From the NCBI GenBank assembly GCA_023265015.1, contig JAHFUO010000001.1:7091-48371 (forward strand): a stretch of 41,281 nucleotides of DNA, given 5' to 3'. The DNA comes from Acidobacteriota bacterium. GTDB taxonomy: Bacteria > Acidobacteriota > Vicinamibacteria > Vicinamibacterales > UBA2999. The notes beneath the pieces are model-generated. The model was not told the DNA's origin. It searched no databases and saw only the letters and a list, made by a program, of their open reading frames with translations. This document shows, in pieces, positions 17,783 through 26,814 of this stretch (the stretch's first letter is position 1; every line of letters starts with the position of its first letter). The position numbers and the translations under genes were made by a program.

Positions 17783-19102
17783 TCATGCCGCTGCGTGTGA
17801 CGCAGGTCCACGTCGAAGGTCGGCCAGGCGTTCGAGAATGAACGACTCGTGGGCCGCGAGGATCTTCCGTTGGTCGAAGTGCTTCTCGGCGTACGCACGA
17901 TTGCGCTGACCCATCGCAGCCAGCCTGTCAGATTCGGCACGCATCAGCGCCTCGACACCTCGGACGAGGGCGACAGGATCTTCCGGAGCCACCAGCATCC
18001 CACCATCAGCCTCCCGGAGAATCTCGGCGCCCTGGCTCGACGGGCTGACCGCAGCGAGCACCGGACGCCCTGCGGCCATGTAGGTCAGGAGTTTCGACGG
18101 TACGACCGTGTCCTTGACCGTCGAGAGCTGATTCAACAGCAAGACGTCCGCCGCGGCGAACACCTGGGCAAGGCTCTCTTCCGGCTGAAATGCCAGCAGT
18201 CGCACGGTGTCACCAAGGTCGTGCTGTTTTACGAGCCGACCGAGCCCGACGCGCGTCTCACCGTCGCCTACCAGGACCCACGCGATGGGTCGTGAGTCGC
18301 TCCGGCAGGTGCGGAGTCGAAGGGCGGCCTCCACGACATGCGTCAGTCCCTGTTTCAGACCCATGCTGCCCGCAAAGAGGACGACGAATGCGTCGGCTGG
18401 AATGCCGAGTCGCTGTCGGTATTCCGGCCGGAAAGGGAGCGGCCTGATCTGATCAAGATCGATAGGGCTTCGGATGAGGCGAATCCGCTCGGTCGGGTAC
18501 CCTCGCGCGATCAGCGCCTCGGCAAAGCTGCGGCACAGTACGCTGGCACCCGCGGCGGGCAGATAGGCTGCGAACTCAAATCGCTCGAGCGCCCGCTGTA
18601 CACAACCAGCGCGAACAATCCCGACGTCGGCTGCCGCCTGCGCAGCCAGATCGTTGACGTTGACGAAATACGGCGCGCCGCAAAGCTTGGCGATGCCGCG
18701 TGCCAGCATGGCGATGGCTGGTTGCGCGCCGATATAGAGCACTGCGTCCGGCCGTGTTCTCCGCTTCAACAGCTCGAACAACACGCTTGTGGCGGCGACC
18801 GCACAGAAACTGCATTCCATCAACAGGCGCTGCCATGCGGCTCCGGGCCGCCTCGGAATGAAATGGGTGACACGCTTCAGCAGTACACCGCCCTGGACAC
18901 TCTCGCTGCAGAAGTGACCTCGGTACTCCGCCCATCGCTTCCATCGCGGGGCGAATGGGAATCCAGTGATGACGGTGACGTCATGGCCACGTGTGGCGAG
19001 GTACTCGGCCAGAACCGTCGCGTGTGGTGCGAATCCCGTCGGTTCTGGGGTGTAGTTCAGCGTGAGAATCCAGACGCTGAAGGCAGAATTCAAAGCGCGC
19101 AT
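17783..19102 (-). CDS. GT4 glycosyltransferase, WcaI-like
   Basis: LNYTPEPTG, GHDVTVITGFP..P.W, FAGSMGLKQGL, VPSKLLTYMAAGRPV. Confidence 0.9.
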   Translation of the reverse strand: MRALNSAFSVWILTLNYTPEPTGFAPHATVLAEYLATRGHDVTVITGFPFAPRWKRWAEYRGHFCSESVQGGVLLKRVTHFIPRRPGAAWQRLLMECSFCAVAATSVLFELLKRRTRPDAVLYIGAQPAIAMLARGIAKLCGAPYFVNVNDLAAQAAADVGIVRAGCVQRALERFEFAAYLPAAGASVLCRSFAEALIARGYPTERIRLIRSPIDLDQIRPLPFRPEYRQRLGIPADAFVVLFAGSMGLKQGLTHVVEAALRLRTCRSDSRPIAWVLVGDGETRVGLGRLVKQHDLGDTVRLLAFQPEESLAQVFAAADVLLLNQLSTVKDTVVPSKLLTYMAAGRPVLAAVSPSSQGAEILREADGGMLVAPEDPVALVRGVEALMRAESDRLAAMGQRNRAYAEKHFDQRKILAAHESFILERLADLRRGPASHAAA

Positions 19103-19869
19103 TATTGTGTGGCCAGAAACGCGTAGTTGTGATTATCAAGAAACTGCGCAGACGACTCACCGGGCTCAGGATTTATCGGAACGGCCTCGCCCGAGTATCC
19201 GGCCTTGATGAGTATTTCCAGGAGAGGAGAGCGGTCGACCCCGCCATGCAGCTCGAGCACCAGAGCAGGTCGGTGCAGGCGAAGCATTTCACGCATCCCA
19301 TCGAGTACGTCTAGCTCCATCCCTTGGACATCTATTTTTACGCCATGGACCACTGCGTTACCTGCATTCAACCGCGGCCACAGCCAGTCAAAGCGTGCGA
19401 TGTGGATCGATTCCCACCGAGCTTGGTGTCGCTGACCCGTCAGGGTCATGTCAGCCATCCCGCGCGTGACGGGCAGCCGAGTGACCTCGAGCGATTCCGG
19501 CGATCCCAATCCGATCGGAACGACGGTGATCCAATCGAGCTGATTTATGTGCATCGTCTGTGCAATACACCCGGCGCTGCTTAAGACTGGCTCAAAGGTA
19601 AACACTCGTCCCGCGGGCCCGACGAGTTCAGCGAGCGCCAGAGCCGTGTACCCGTAATGTCCGCCGACATCGAGCCATGTCTCTCCGCGGCGCGCGTGAG
19701 CAGCGAACCAGTGCAGTAATGGACGTTCGGTTCGGCCGGTAATCGCGGCGGGATAGTCGTGCCACGAGGTCACGATTCGTCGCCCCCGGAGCGGACCGGC
19801 AAGAATCCGCCGCGGCGCGAGTCCGCTGGGCAAGGCGCGTCGCAGCAGGTCCTTTACCCAGGTGGTCAC
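19102..19869 (-). CDS. FkbM-family methyltransferase
   Basis: LDVGGHYGY, VGPAGRVFTFEP, VKIDVQGMELDVLDG. GTG 19869 (GTGA overlap). Confidence 0.9.
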   Translation of the reverse strand: MTTWVKDLLRRALPSGLAPRRILAGPLRGRRIVTSWHDYPAAITGRTERPLLHWFAAHARRGETWLDVGGHYGYTALALAELVGPAGRVFTFEPVLSSAGCIAQTMHINQLDWITVVPIGLGSPESLEVTRLPVTRGMADMTLTGQRHQARWESIHIARFDWLWPRLNAGNAVVHGVKIDVQGMELDVLDGMREMLRLHRPALVLELHGGVDRSPLLEILIKAGYSGEAVPINPEPGESSAQFLDNHNYAFLATQ

Positions 19870-20798
19870 GGCGTCGGCGCGGCGGCGGACCCGCGAGAAA
19901 TCGTCGCGGTACTCGTCTGTCGTAGTAGGTCGATCAGGGTGATCTGACCCACGTCGATTTCGTGGCGAAGTTCGCCGATCTTGATGTCGACCAGCAGTCG
20001 AAACCAGAACGCCTGGAGGAAGTGGTAGACAAATCCGTTCCACCCGTCCAGGAAACCGAGTCTGAACACGTACCGGTAAATGAAGAACAGCATGGGCCGG
20101 ATATAAAGCGGCATCCGGTACCACCAGTTCTTGAACCAGATCATCCGTTCATCTGGACTGCCGATCGGGCTCGGCCTGAGGTGCGACGACCAACACAGTG
20201 CCCCTTCGGCCCGCAGGACCTCTTCCAGTGCCATGCGGTGAGCAAACCTCTGGTGTTTATCGATCCAGAAGTCGATCTGGAATTCTTTCTGATTGCTTTC
20301 GATCATCTGGCCCGACAGGCGACCGATCCTTCCGTCGACGATCAATCGAAAGTCGACGAGCTCTGAATCATCCACGCGAACGCGGCTACGTCGCACTAAG
20401 TGGAGATAAAACGCTTTCAGCCCCCTCACCCGCCGATTTCGAAAATAGTGAACATGTCGACTGTAATACCCGTGAAAACAACCCGCGTCATTCGCGAGTG
20501 TCGCCGCTATCTGAGTTTTCAGCTCCGTGGACACGATGTTGTCGGCATCGAGCACAAGCAACCAATCATGTCGCCACGCGACCTCGCCCATACCCCATTG
20601 CAACTGCGTGCGATGATCGACGTACGGGCGAAATACGGTCCTGACGCCGTATTCCGCGCAAATCGCCAGCGTGCGGTCGGTGCTTCCGCTGTCAACGACA
20701 ACGATGTCATGGGCCCAGCCTGCGACGCTATCGAGACATCGAGCGATGTTCAGCTCTTCGTTGAAAGTCAGAATCAGAATGGACACAGGAGCGCTCAA
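19866..20798 (-). CDS. GT2 glycosyltransferase (WaaE/KdtX-like)
   Basis: VSILILTFNEE, VVVDSGSTD, LVLDAD, YVFRLGFLDG. Probable TTG start at 20798 overlapping the upstream stop. Confidence 0.9.
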   Translation of the reverse strand: MSAPVSILILTFNEELNIARCLDSVAGWAHDIVVVDSGSTDRTLAICAEYGVRTVFRPYVDHRTQLQWGMGEVAWRHDWLLVLDADNIVSTELKTQIAATLANDAGCFHGYYSRHVHYFRNRRVRGLKAFYLHLVRRSRVRVDDSELVDFRLIVDGRIGRLSGQMIESNQKEFQIDFWIDKHQRFAHRMALEEVLRAEGALCWSSHLRPSPIGSPDERMIWFKNWWYRMPLYIRPMLFFIYRYVFRLGFLDGWNGFVYHFLQAFWFRLLVDIKIGELRHEIDVGQITLIDLLRQTSTATISRGSAAAPTP

Positions 20799-21940
20799 TG
20801 GACGAGACTCCGATAAAACGTGGTCAACCTCGCGATACTCGCCGGCCATGCAAAAGATGTTGCAACGAGTTGCTTTGCCCGTGACGCCCGTCGGCATGCT
20901 GATTGACTATCCTCTATCGAACAGGCGATCGCCTCAGCCACGGCTACCGGGTTGGCCAACGTGACTAGCCCGGCGTCGTTCGCCAGGATCTCGTCGCAGA
21001 TGTTGACGTGTTCCGACAAGATGACCGGCACTCCGGCGGCCATCGCCTCGACAAGGGCAAAGCCAAAGTTTTCGGTGTACGAAGGGAGCACGAATACCGA
21101 CGCCGACGAAAACGCCGCCAGCTTCATGGCACCATGAACCATTCCCGTCAGTGTCACGTCACGCTCAAGACCGGCGTCCGCGATCAGTTGGCGGACGACC
21201 TTTCCGTAACCCGGTGCTTCTGGTCCTGCGAGAACGAGGTGTAGTCCGCCGACACGCTTCCGCGCGAGGTCAAACGCACGGAGCAGCACGTCGATGCCCT
21301 TCTTCGGATGGAGCCGGCTCAGGAAAAGAACCACGCGCACGTCTGTGCCGATGTCGAACGCTGCCCTGAACAGGTCGCCTGGCGGCATTGCGGAGAACGG
21401 AGCTGTATCGATGCCCGGAGAGAGAACGACGCCCGGCGCCTTGATTCGCATCGGCTCGTGCGCGAGCGTCATTTCCGCTTTCGTCGTGTAGTGAATCGCG
21501 GCGGCACCGTCGAGAGCGCGGCGCTCCAGCATTTCGTGGTACAGCCACTTTTGCACGCGGTGACGTTTTCTCAGCCACGGGTCGAAGGATCCGTGCGGCC
21601 GGATCACATAAGGAACCGACGCCTTCCGAGCCGCGTTCGCGGCCGCGAGCGTATGGTGGAGGAAGACGCTGTGGATGTGAACGACATCGTAGTTTCGCGA
21701 CGCCTCAGAAAGAGCCGCAGCCATCTGGGGCGACCATGCCCAGCGACGCCACGTTGTTTTGAAGATCCGCAGATCGACACCCGGAATGTCGTGCGGAGTG
21801 CGGTCCGGCTCGCCGTGGTCTCCGGCGAAGAGAGATACGTCGTGGCCATCGGCCGCCAGATATCGGCAGGTCTCGGAGGCAACAAGCGAAGGGCCGCCAT
21901 TTTCCGGCAGGAGATTCGCGATCACGTGGAGAATTCGCAC
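20795..21940 (-). CDS. GT4 glycosyltransferase
   Basis: MRILHVI..L....GGP, FLSRLHPKKG, VFVLPSYTENFGFALVEAMAAGVPV. Confidence 0.93.
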   Translation of the reverse strand: MRILHVIANLLPENGGPSLVASETCRYLAADGHDVSLFAGDHGEPDRTPHDIPGVDLRIFKTTWRRWAWSPQMAAALSEASRNYDVVHIHSVFLHHTLAAANAARKASVPYVIRPHGSFDPWLRKRHRVQKWLYHEMLERRALDGAAAIHYTTKAEMTLAHEPMRIKAPGVVLSPGIDTAPFSAMPPGDLFRAAFDIGTDVRVVLFLSRLHPKKGIDVLLRAFDLARKRVGGLHLVLAGPEAPGYGKVVRQLIADAGLERDVTLTGMVHGAMKLAAFSSASVFVLPSYTENFGFALVEAMAAGVPVILSEHVNICDEILANDAGLVTLANPVAVAEAIACSIEDSQSACRRASRAKQLVATSFAWPASIARLTTFYRSLVH

Positions 21941-21949
21941 TGTGCGATT

Positions 21950-22786
21950 TCAGGCGGGAAGGGTCCGAGCGTCGGGCCTGGCCACTCCAGACGCCGTCCT
22001 GCTTCCTTGCGGGCGGCGGAGCCATTCCATTTCGTACGACTCGTCTGCCAGAAATCGAACGATGTCCTGCGTCGACGTGCCATAGCATTCGTATAACGGA
22101 TCGGACATCGCGTTGAACATCAGGAGCGGGCGCCAGCGTCGTAAGGAACCGACGGCACCGCGCAAAACAAGCAGATCCGCGCCCTGTGCATCGATCTTGA
22201 TGAGGTCCAGGCGCGGCCATCTTCCGGACAGGTCGTCCAGCGAGACGACCGGGCATTCCGCCGGAACGGTCGCCGGGTCCAGGGCTGTATTCACAAGGGA
22301 TCCTCGCGACGAATTTGGACCTTCGAAGTTGAAGAACTGACCGGTCCGTGACTGGTCGGCGACCGCGGCACGGTAGGGTGTGACGTGCGCCAGATGATTC
22401 AACGCCATGTTCCGAACGAGCTTCGCGTATTCCACCGGCGACGGCTCGAACGCGTGGACGGTTCCTTCGGGGCCGACAGCATCCGCCATTGCGATCGAGA
22501 AATCGCCGATGCCGGCGCCAATGTCGACGGCAACACCGCGTTCTGGTAGCGAGCGTCTCACAAGTGACAGACTTGCCGGGTTATAGGCGCCATAGAAGAA
22601 TAGATACCATCCGATATAGGTGGAGGTGTCCACTTCAAGCGAGTGACTGCCCAGGAACCTGATTGACACCACTGACCCTCGCGCGCGAGGGCCTGCGTAG
22701 GGAAACAGCTTCCTCAACACCCAGCCCGTGCCTCGATGCGGAAAACGCGTCGAATATTGTCGAGCGACGCGCGCCAGCCCGGTCAT
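21950..22786 (-). CDS. FkbM-family methyltransferase
   Basis: VDIGAGIG, VGPEGTVHAFEP, LDLIKIDAQGADLLVLRG. ATG 22786 preferred over TTG 22801. Confidence 0.88.
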   Translation of the reverse strand: MTGLARVARQYSTRFPHRGTGWVLRKLFPYAGPRARGSVVSIRFLGSHSLEVDTSTYIGWYLFFYGAYNPASLSLVRRSLPERGVAVDIGAGIGDFSIAMADAVGPEGTVHAFEPSPVEYAKLVRNMALNHLAHVTPYRAAVADQSRTGQFFNFEGPNSSRGSLVNTALDPATVPAECPVVSLDDLSGRWPRLDLIKIDAQGADLLVLRGAVGSLRRWRPLLMFNAMSDPLYECYGTSTQDIVRFLADESYEMEWLRRPQGSRTASGVARPDARTLPA

Positions 22787-22790
22787 GAGA

Positions 22791-22853
22791 TCATCCGCCA
22801 ACCATCTGTTCGTACGCTTTCAGCGTATTCGCAGCGCAAGCGTCCCACGTGAG
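22791..22853 (-). pseudogene. C-terminal relic of a deleted GT4 glycosyltransferase
   Basis: Intergenic DNA reads LTWDACAANTLKAYEQMVGG*, the typical GT4 terminal helix (compare FAWPASIARLTTFYRSL in the neighbouring GT4). Its TGA lies 4 nt before the FkbM ATG. Confidence 0.6.
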
Positions 22854-22866
22854 TGTGCTGTCGCGT

Positions 22867-24000
22867 TCAGGCGCGCGGCCTCTGAGTCGAGAGTATCTGC
22901 CGGAGCGCATCTGTAAAGACCGTGAACGCAAACGTCTGCTCGACATGGCGTCGGGCGGCTCCCTTCATCGCCCTCCGCATGAGGGGCGCTTCAGCAAGCC
23001 GCTCGACGGCGTCGGCAATATCCTCCGGGTCTTCCGGGCGCACGAGAAATCCAGTCTCGCCGTCGACGATCGACTCAGCAGAGCCATCGCACCTGCTCGT
23101 AATCGCGGGTTTCCCGGATGCCTGCGCTTCCAGCACGACCAGCGGAATGCCTTCGCCCTGTGGCAACGCGCCGAGCGTGAACGCGCTGACGAGCACGAAC
23201 ACATCGCATCCGCGATACGTGGCCGGCAGGTCGGCTTCGGGAACCCTGCCAAGGAACGTCACCCGCTCTTTCACTCGCAACGTCGTCGCCAGCCGCTCGA
23301 GTCTTCCCCGATCCGGACCATCGCCGCCGATCGTGTATGTGACCGACACACCACGGTCGGCGAGAAGCGACATCGCCGTCAACACCGCGGCATGTCCTTT
23401 CGAACGTCCAGGCAGCAGGCGGGACACGGTCAGCAGGCGCAGAGGTCGCGACGGGGGTTCTTCCACGGCATCGTCGTGGTCAGGCGTGAATCTCGTTGTA
23501 TCGACGCAGTCGCGCAGCAAGTCCACGCGTCCGGCGAGCTCCGGGTACGCCTGCTGAAGGTATTGCCTCGTGAACTCGCAGTCCGACACGACCCGGTCTG
23601 CACGTCGCAGCGCCAGGCGACGGCCCAGCGGCAACGCGTTCCACACTTCAATTGCGTAAACATTGACCCAGTACCGTGCCCCCGGGAAAGCTCCCAACAG
23701 GCGCGCCAACGGGGCGAGGTTAACGTGGTCGCAGATAATTAGGTCGGGACGCCACCGCAGCGCGTGCCACATCGTTTCGATCGAAAAGATCGCGCGCGCA
23801 ATCCACCCCCGCCCGCGGCCGATTACGGCAAGCGGCACCGGATCGTCGAATCCATGAGCGACCCGTTGTCCGAACGAGCAGACCCGCACGCCCCCCGGGC
23901 AGATCGCATTCAAGGCTCTGATTTCATACCGGCTGTAACGTTGAATCCCGCCGTGAGCGAATAGATCAATCGAAAGGTACAGGACGCGCGAGGGGATCAT
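22867..24000 (-). CDS. GT4 glycosyltransferase
   Basis: HGGIQRY, LLTVSRL...KGH, GEGIPLVVLEAQASGKP, IVDGETG. Confidence 0.92.
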   Translation of the reverse strand: MIPSRVLYLSIDLFAHGGIQRYSRYEIRALNAICPGGVRVCSFGQRVAHGFDDPVPLAVIGRGRGWIARAIFSIETMWHALRWRPDLIICDHVNLAPLARLLGAFPGARYWVNVYAIEVWNALPLGRRLALRRADRVVSDCEFTRQYLQQAYPELAGRVDLLRDCVDTTRFTPDHDDAVEEPPSRPLRLLTVSRLLPGRSKGHAAVLTAMSLLADRGVSVTYTIGGDGPDRGRLERLATTLRVKERVTFLGRVPEADLPATYRGCDVFVLVSAFTLGALPQGEGIPLVVLEAQASGKPAITSRCDGSAESIVDGETGFLVRPEDPEDIADAVERLAEAPLMRRAMKGAARRHVEQTFAFTVFTDALRQILSTQRPRA

Positions 24001-24002
24001 CG

Positions 24003-25112
24003 TCAGACAGCCGCAATGTCCTGAAGGGCCGAGATCACGAAGACCTGATCATCATGCGAGAGTTTCACCGCGCTCGGCAGACTGAGCGTCGTCGCGGCGA
24101 TCTCTTCCGTAACGGCAAGCCGAAGGCCGGAGGCGTACGGGGGCATGACGTGAATGGGATAGAAGCCGGGTCGCGTCTCGATACCGCGAACACCGAGCGC
24201 CTCCATCAGCGCGTCCCTGGTCAGTGGAAATTCCGGGCCGATCTTTACTGTGGACATCCACCATGAACTCACGACGCCGGGTGCTTCGTGCTGCAACGTC
24301 AGACCCGGGATTCGACCAATGGCGTCGCGGTACCTATTGGCAATCTCGCGCTTCCGCTGCAAGAACTCCCCGAGGCGCAAGCACTGTGCGAATCCCAATG
24401 CGGCTTGGAGGTTGGTCATCCGATAATTGAAGCCGACTTCAGGATGCCAGTACCGACGGTCCCGACTCATACCGTGATGGCACAGGAATCGCGCGCGGTC
24501 CGCCAGATGCTCGTCATCGCTGATGAGCATGCCGCCCTCGCCGGTAGTCAGAATCTTGTTACCGGAGAAACTGAGGGCGCCGACGGCGCCCAATCTGCCG
24601 ACTTTTCTGCCGCGGTACAGCGCGCCTAGCGCCTGCGCCGCATCCTCAACAATTGCGATGCCGCTGCCCGCCACCAAGGCGAGCTCGTCCATCGGTGCCG
24701 GATGGCCGTACAGGTGAACCGGGATGATGGCCTTCGTTCTGCCCGTGACCCGTTTTCCAACGTCCTGAGGATCGAGACACCACGAAAGGGGATCGCAGTC
24801 CGCGAACACAGGAGTTGCGCCGACGTATCGGACGACGTTCGCGGTGGCGACGAAGCTCAGGCTTGGCACAATCACCTCGTCGCCCGGGCCGATCCCGATG
24901 GCCGCCAATGCCAGGTGCACGGCCGCCGTCCCGTTGCAGGTCGCGAGCGCGTGCCGCCCACCGGTCACGGCCCCGATCTGTTCTTCAAAACGCGAAACGA
25001 AGGGGCCGCGCGAGGAGACCCATCCGGATCGAATTGCCTCCAGAACGTATTGCTCCTCCGTTTCGCCAATTGACGGCTCGGCTACCGGAATCTGCAGCGG
25101 ACCTACCCTCAC
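24003..25112 (-). CDS. DegT/DnrJ/EryC1/StrS sugar aminotransferase (perosamine synthetase-like)
   Basis: SGWVSSRG, NGTAAVHLAL, IIPVHLYG, VEDAAQA, SFSGNKILTTGEGGM (PLP Lys), GFNYRMTNLQAALG. Confidence 0.93.
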   Translation of the reverse strand: MRVGPLQIPVAEPSIGETEEQYVLEAIRSGWVSSRGPFVSRFEEQIGAVTGGRHALATCNGTAAVHLALAAIGIGPGDEVIVPSLSFVATANVVRYVGATPVFADCDPLSWCLDPQDVGKRVTGRTKAIIPVHLYGHPAPMDELALVAGSGIAIVEDAAQALGALYRGRKVGRLGAVGALSFSGNKILTTGEGGMLISDDEHLADRARFLCHHGMSRDRRYWHPEVGFNYRMTNLQAALGFAQCLRLGEFLQRKREIANRYRDAIGRIPGLTLQHEAPGVVSSWWMSTVKIGPEFPLTRDALMEALGVRGIETRPGFYPIHVMPPYASGLRLAVTEEIAATTLSLPSAVKLSHDDQVFVISALQDIAAV

Positions 25113-25127
25113 AACTTCCTCACTTCG

Positions 25128-25727
25128 TTACATTGGACGGGTGCGTCTCGTGGGTCTGATCGCATGCACCTCGTAGCTACTGGTCCACATCCAGTGAAGG
25201 GGCGGAAACCGCAGAATCCAGGGGTTCAGATGTACGAAGTTAAGCCTGGATGAGAGCGGTACGCCTCCCATTCGCCGGACGTTGATGACCGTAAAGCCAG
25301 AATCGGCAACGAGCTCACGGGCGGTCGCTTCCGTAAATCCCCGGACGTGTGTGTAGTCAGACCACGTCCGTCGCCCGAACTCGCAGATCACGGACACGAG
25401 CAGCGTTCCGCCGGGCTTGAGTACGCGGTGGACCTCCTGTAAAAGGACCCACGGCTGCCGTAGGTGCTCGAGCACGTCTTTTGCTATTACGGCATCGAAT
25501 TGGTCCGAATTGAATGGAAGTTGTTCCCCGGAATCAAGATCCCAGTGTCTCGCAATCGCAAACTGATTGGCTACCGTGACCGCCGTTTGGTCACAATCCA
25601 ATCCGTACACGCGCGACGGTCGAATAGAGAACCTCGCTATGTCGCCAGCCCCACAACCGAGATCCAATACGGTCTGGGCCGTTTCAGGTATGAACGACCA
25701 GTAATACGCAGCAACGACCTTATTCAT
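25128..25727 (-). CDS. Class I SAM-dependent methyltransferase
   Basis: VLDLGCGAG, LPF..DQFDAV, DVLEHL, RVLKPGG. Confidence 0.9.
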   Translation of the reverse strand: MNKVVAAYYWSFIPETAQTVLDLGCGAGDIARFSIRPSRVYGLDCDQTAVTVANQFAIARHWDLDSGEQLPFNSDQFDAVIAKDVLEHLRQPWVLLQEVHRVLKPGGTLLVSVICEFGRRTWSDYTHVRGFTEATARELVADSGFTVINVRRMGGVPLSSRLNFVHLNPWILRFPPLHWMWTSSYEVHAIRPTRRTRPM

Positions 25728-25736
25728 TGCGGTACA

Positions 25737-26807
25737 TCAAGTCTCGTTCGGAGCTGAATCGACAATACGACGGTACAACCGACTGTACGCGTCAGCAACG
25801 TTGGCCATTGAAAATTCCGCCGCGCGCACGAGACCATTCTGAGCGAGTCGATTGCGACGTGCGGGGTCGCGAATCAGCTCACAGATCGAATCGGCGAGCT
25901 GCTCGTCACGAACGATTAAGCCATACTCGCCGCCGCCGAGAACAAACTCCGCGCCCGCGTTTGACGTTGCAACGACCGCGGTTCCGCAACTCATAGCCTC
26001 GACATAAGGCACTCCGAAACCCTCATACGTACTCGGCAAACAGAACACCCATGCGCGTCCGTACAGGCTGACGAGCTCTGTTTCGCTGACATCGGTGAAC
26101 GACTGCATCTGTTTTCCGGAGATCTTCTTATTCGTCACCATCCACAGCTCCGCGTCCGGTACTGCTGGCAGGATCTGCTCCTCAAATATCTTATGGAGCA
26201 TCCATAGGCGTTTTCTGCCCTTGTACGTCGTTCCCACAGCGAGGATTGTCGGGTTCTGCGATTTCAGGTTCGCCGAGAGTGGCACGAACCGGTCTTGCGG
26301 AACACCGCATGGAATGATGTCGAGGGTTGGATATCGAGCTGTCGTGGCTGGACTGATGCCCACTGCATACCGCGACATCAACACGAACGCGCGCTCGAGC
26401 GGGATGTTCGCTGCCTGGTACGCAGCCCACGCCAGACGTCTAAATGAGTTGATCGATGTGCTACCCAACTCGTCGATGGCGGAGCCGTACACAGTAACAA
26501 GCATCCGACGGCGCTCCGCAAACGCGCCGAGACCTTCCCAGCCATGTGCGTGAAGGACATCGAACTCTTTCAACGGCAAGCCGCTGATTCTGGCAGCGAA
26601 TTCCAGATGGGCGATGATAGGTGTTTTGTCGAGTCGTCTGGTTCGTATCGGGATCGGCCGCCATTCGTATTGTCTTTCGCGTTGCTCTTGGTCCTCAGGG
26701 GCGACAACAGTTACTTTGTGCCCCCGCCGGCTCAGCTCGTTCGAAAGCCAGTGAACCTGTCGCCCAGCCCCCCCCCGCAGGAGCGAGGTGAGCATTGCGA
26801 TATGCAC
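25737..26807 (-). CDS. GT4 glycosyltransferase
   Basis: GGAG...L...GHKVTVV, VFCLPSTYEGFGVPYVEAMSCG. Confidence 0.92.
   Translation of the reverse strand: MHIAMLTSLLRGGAGRQVHWLSNELSRRGHKVTVVAPEDQEQRERQYEWRPIPIRTRRLDKTPIIAHLEFAARISGLPLKEFDVLHAHGWEGLGAFAERRRMLVTVYGSAIDELGSTSINSFRRLAWAAYQAANIPLERAFVLMSRYAVGISPATTARYPTLDIIPCGVPQDRFVPLSANLKSQNPTILAVGTTYKGRKRLWMLHKIFEEQILPAVPDAELWMVTNKKISGKQMQSFTDVSETELVSLYGRAWVFCLPSTYEGFGVPYVEAMSCGTAVVATSNAGAEFVLGGGEYGLIVRDEQLADSICELIRDPARRNRLAQNGLVRAAEFSMANVADAYSRLYRRIVDSAPNET
26768..26776 (-). repeat. G9 homopolymer near the 5' end of the GT4 gene
   Basis: Nine consecutive C on the plus strand. The coding strand reads CGG GGG GGG GCT (codons 11-14). Confidence 0.8.
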
Positions 26808-26814
26808 TCCCTGA

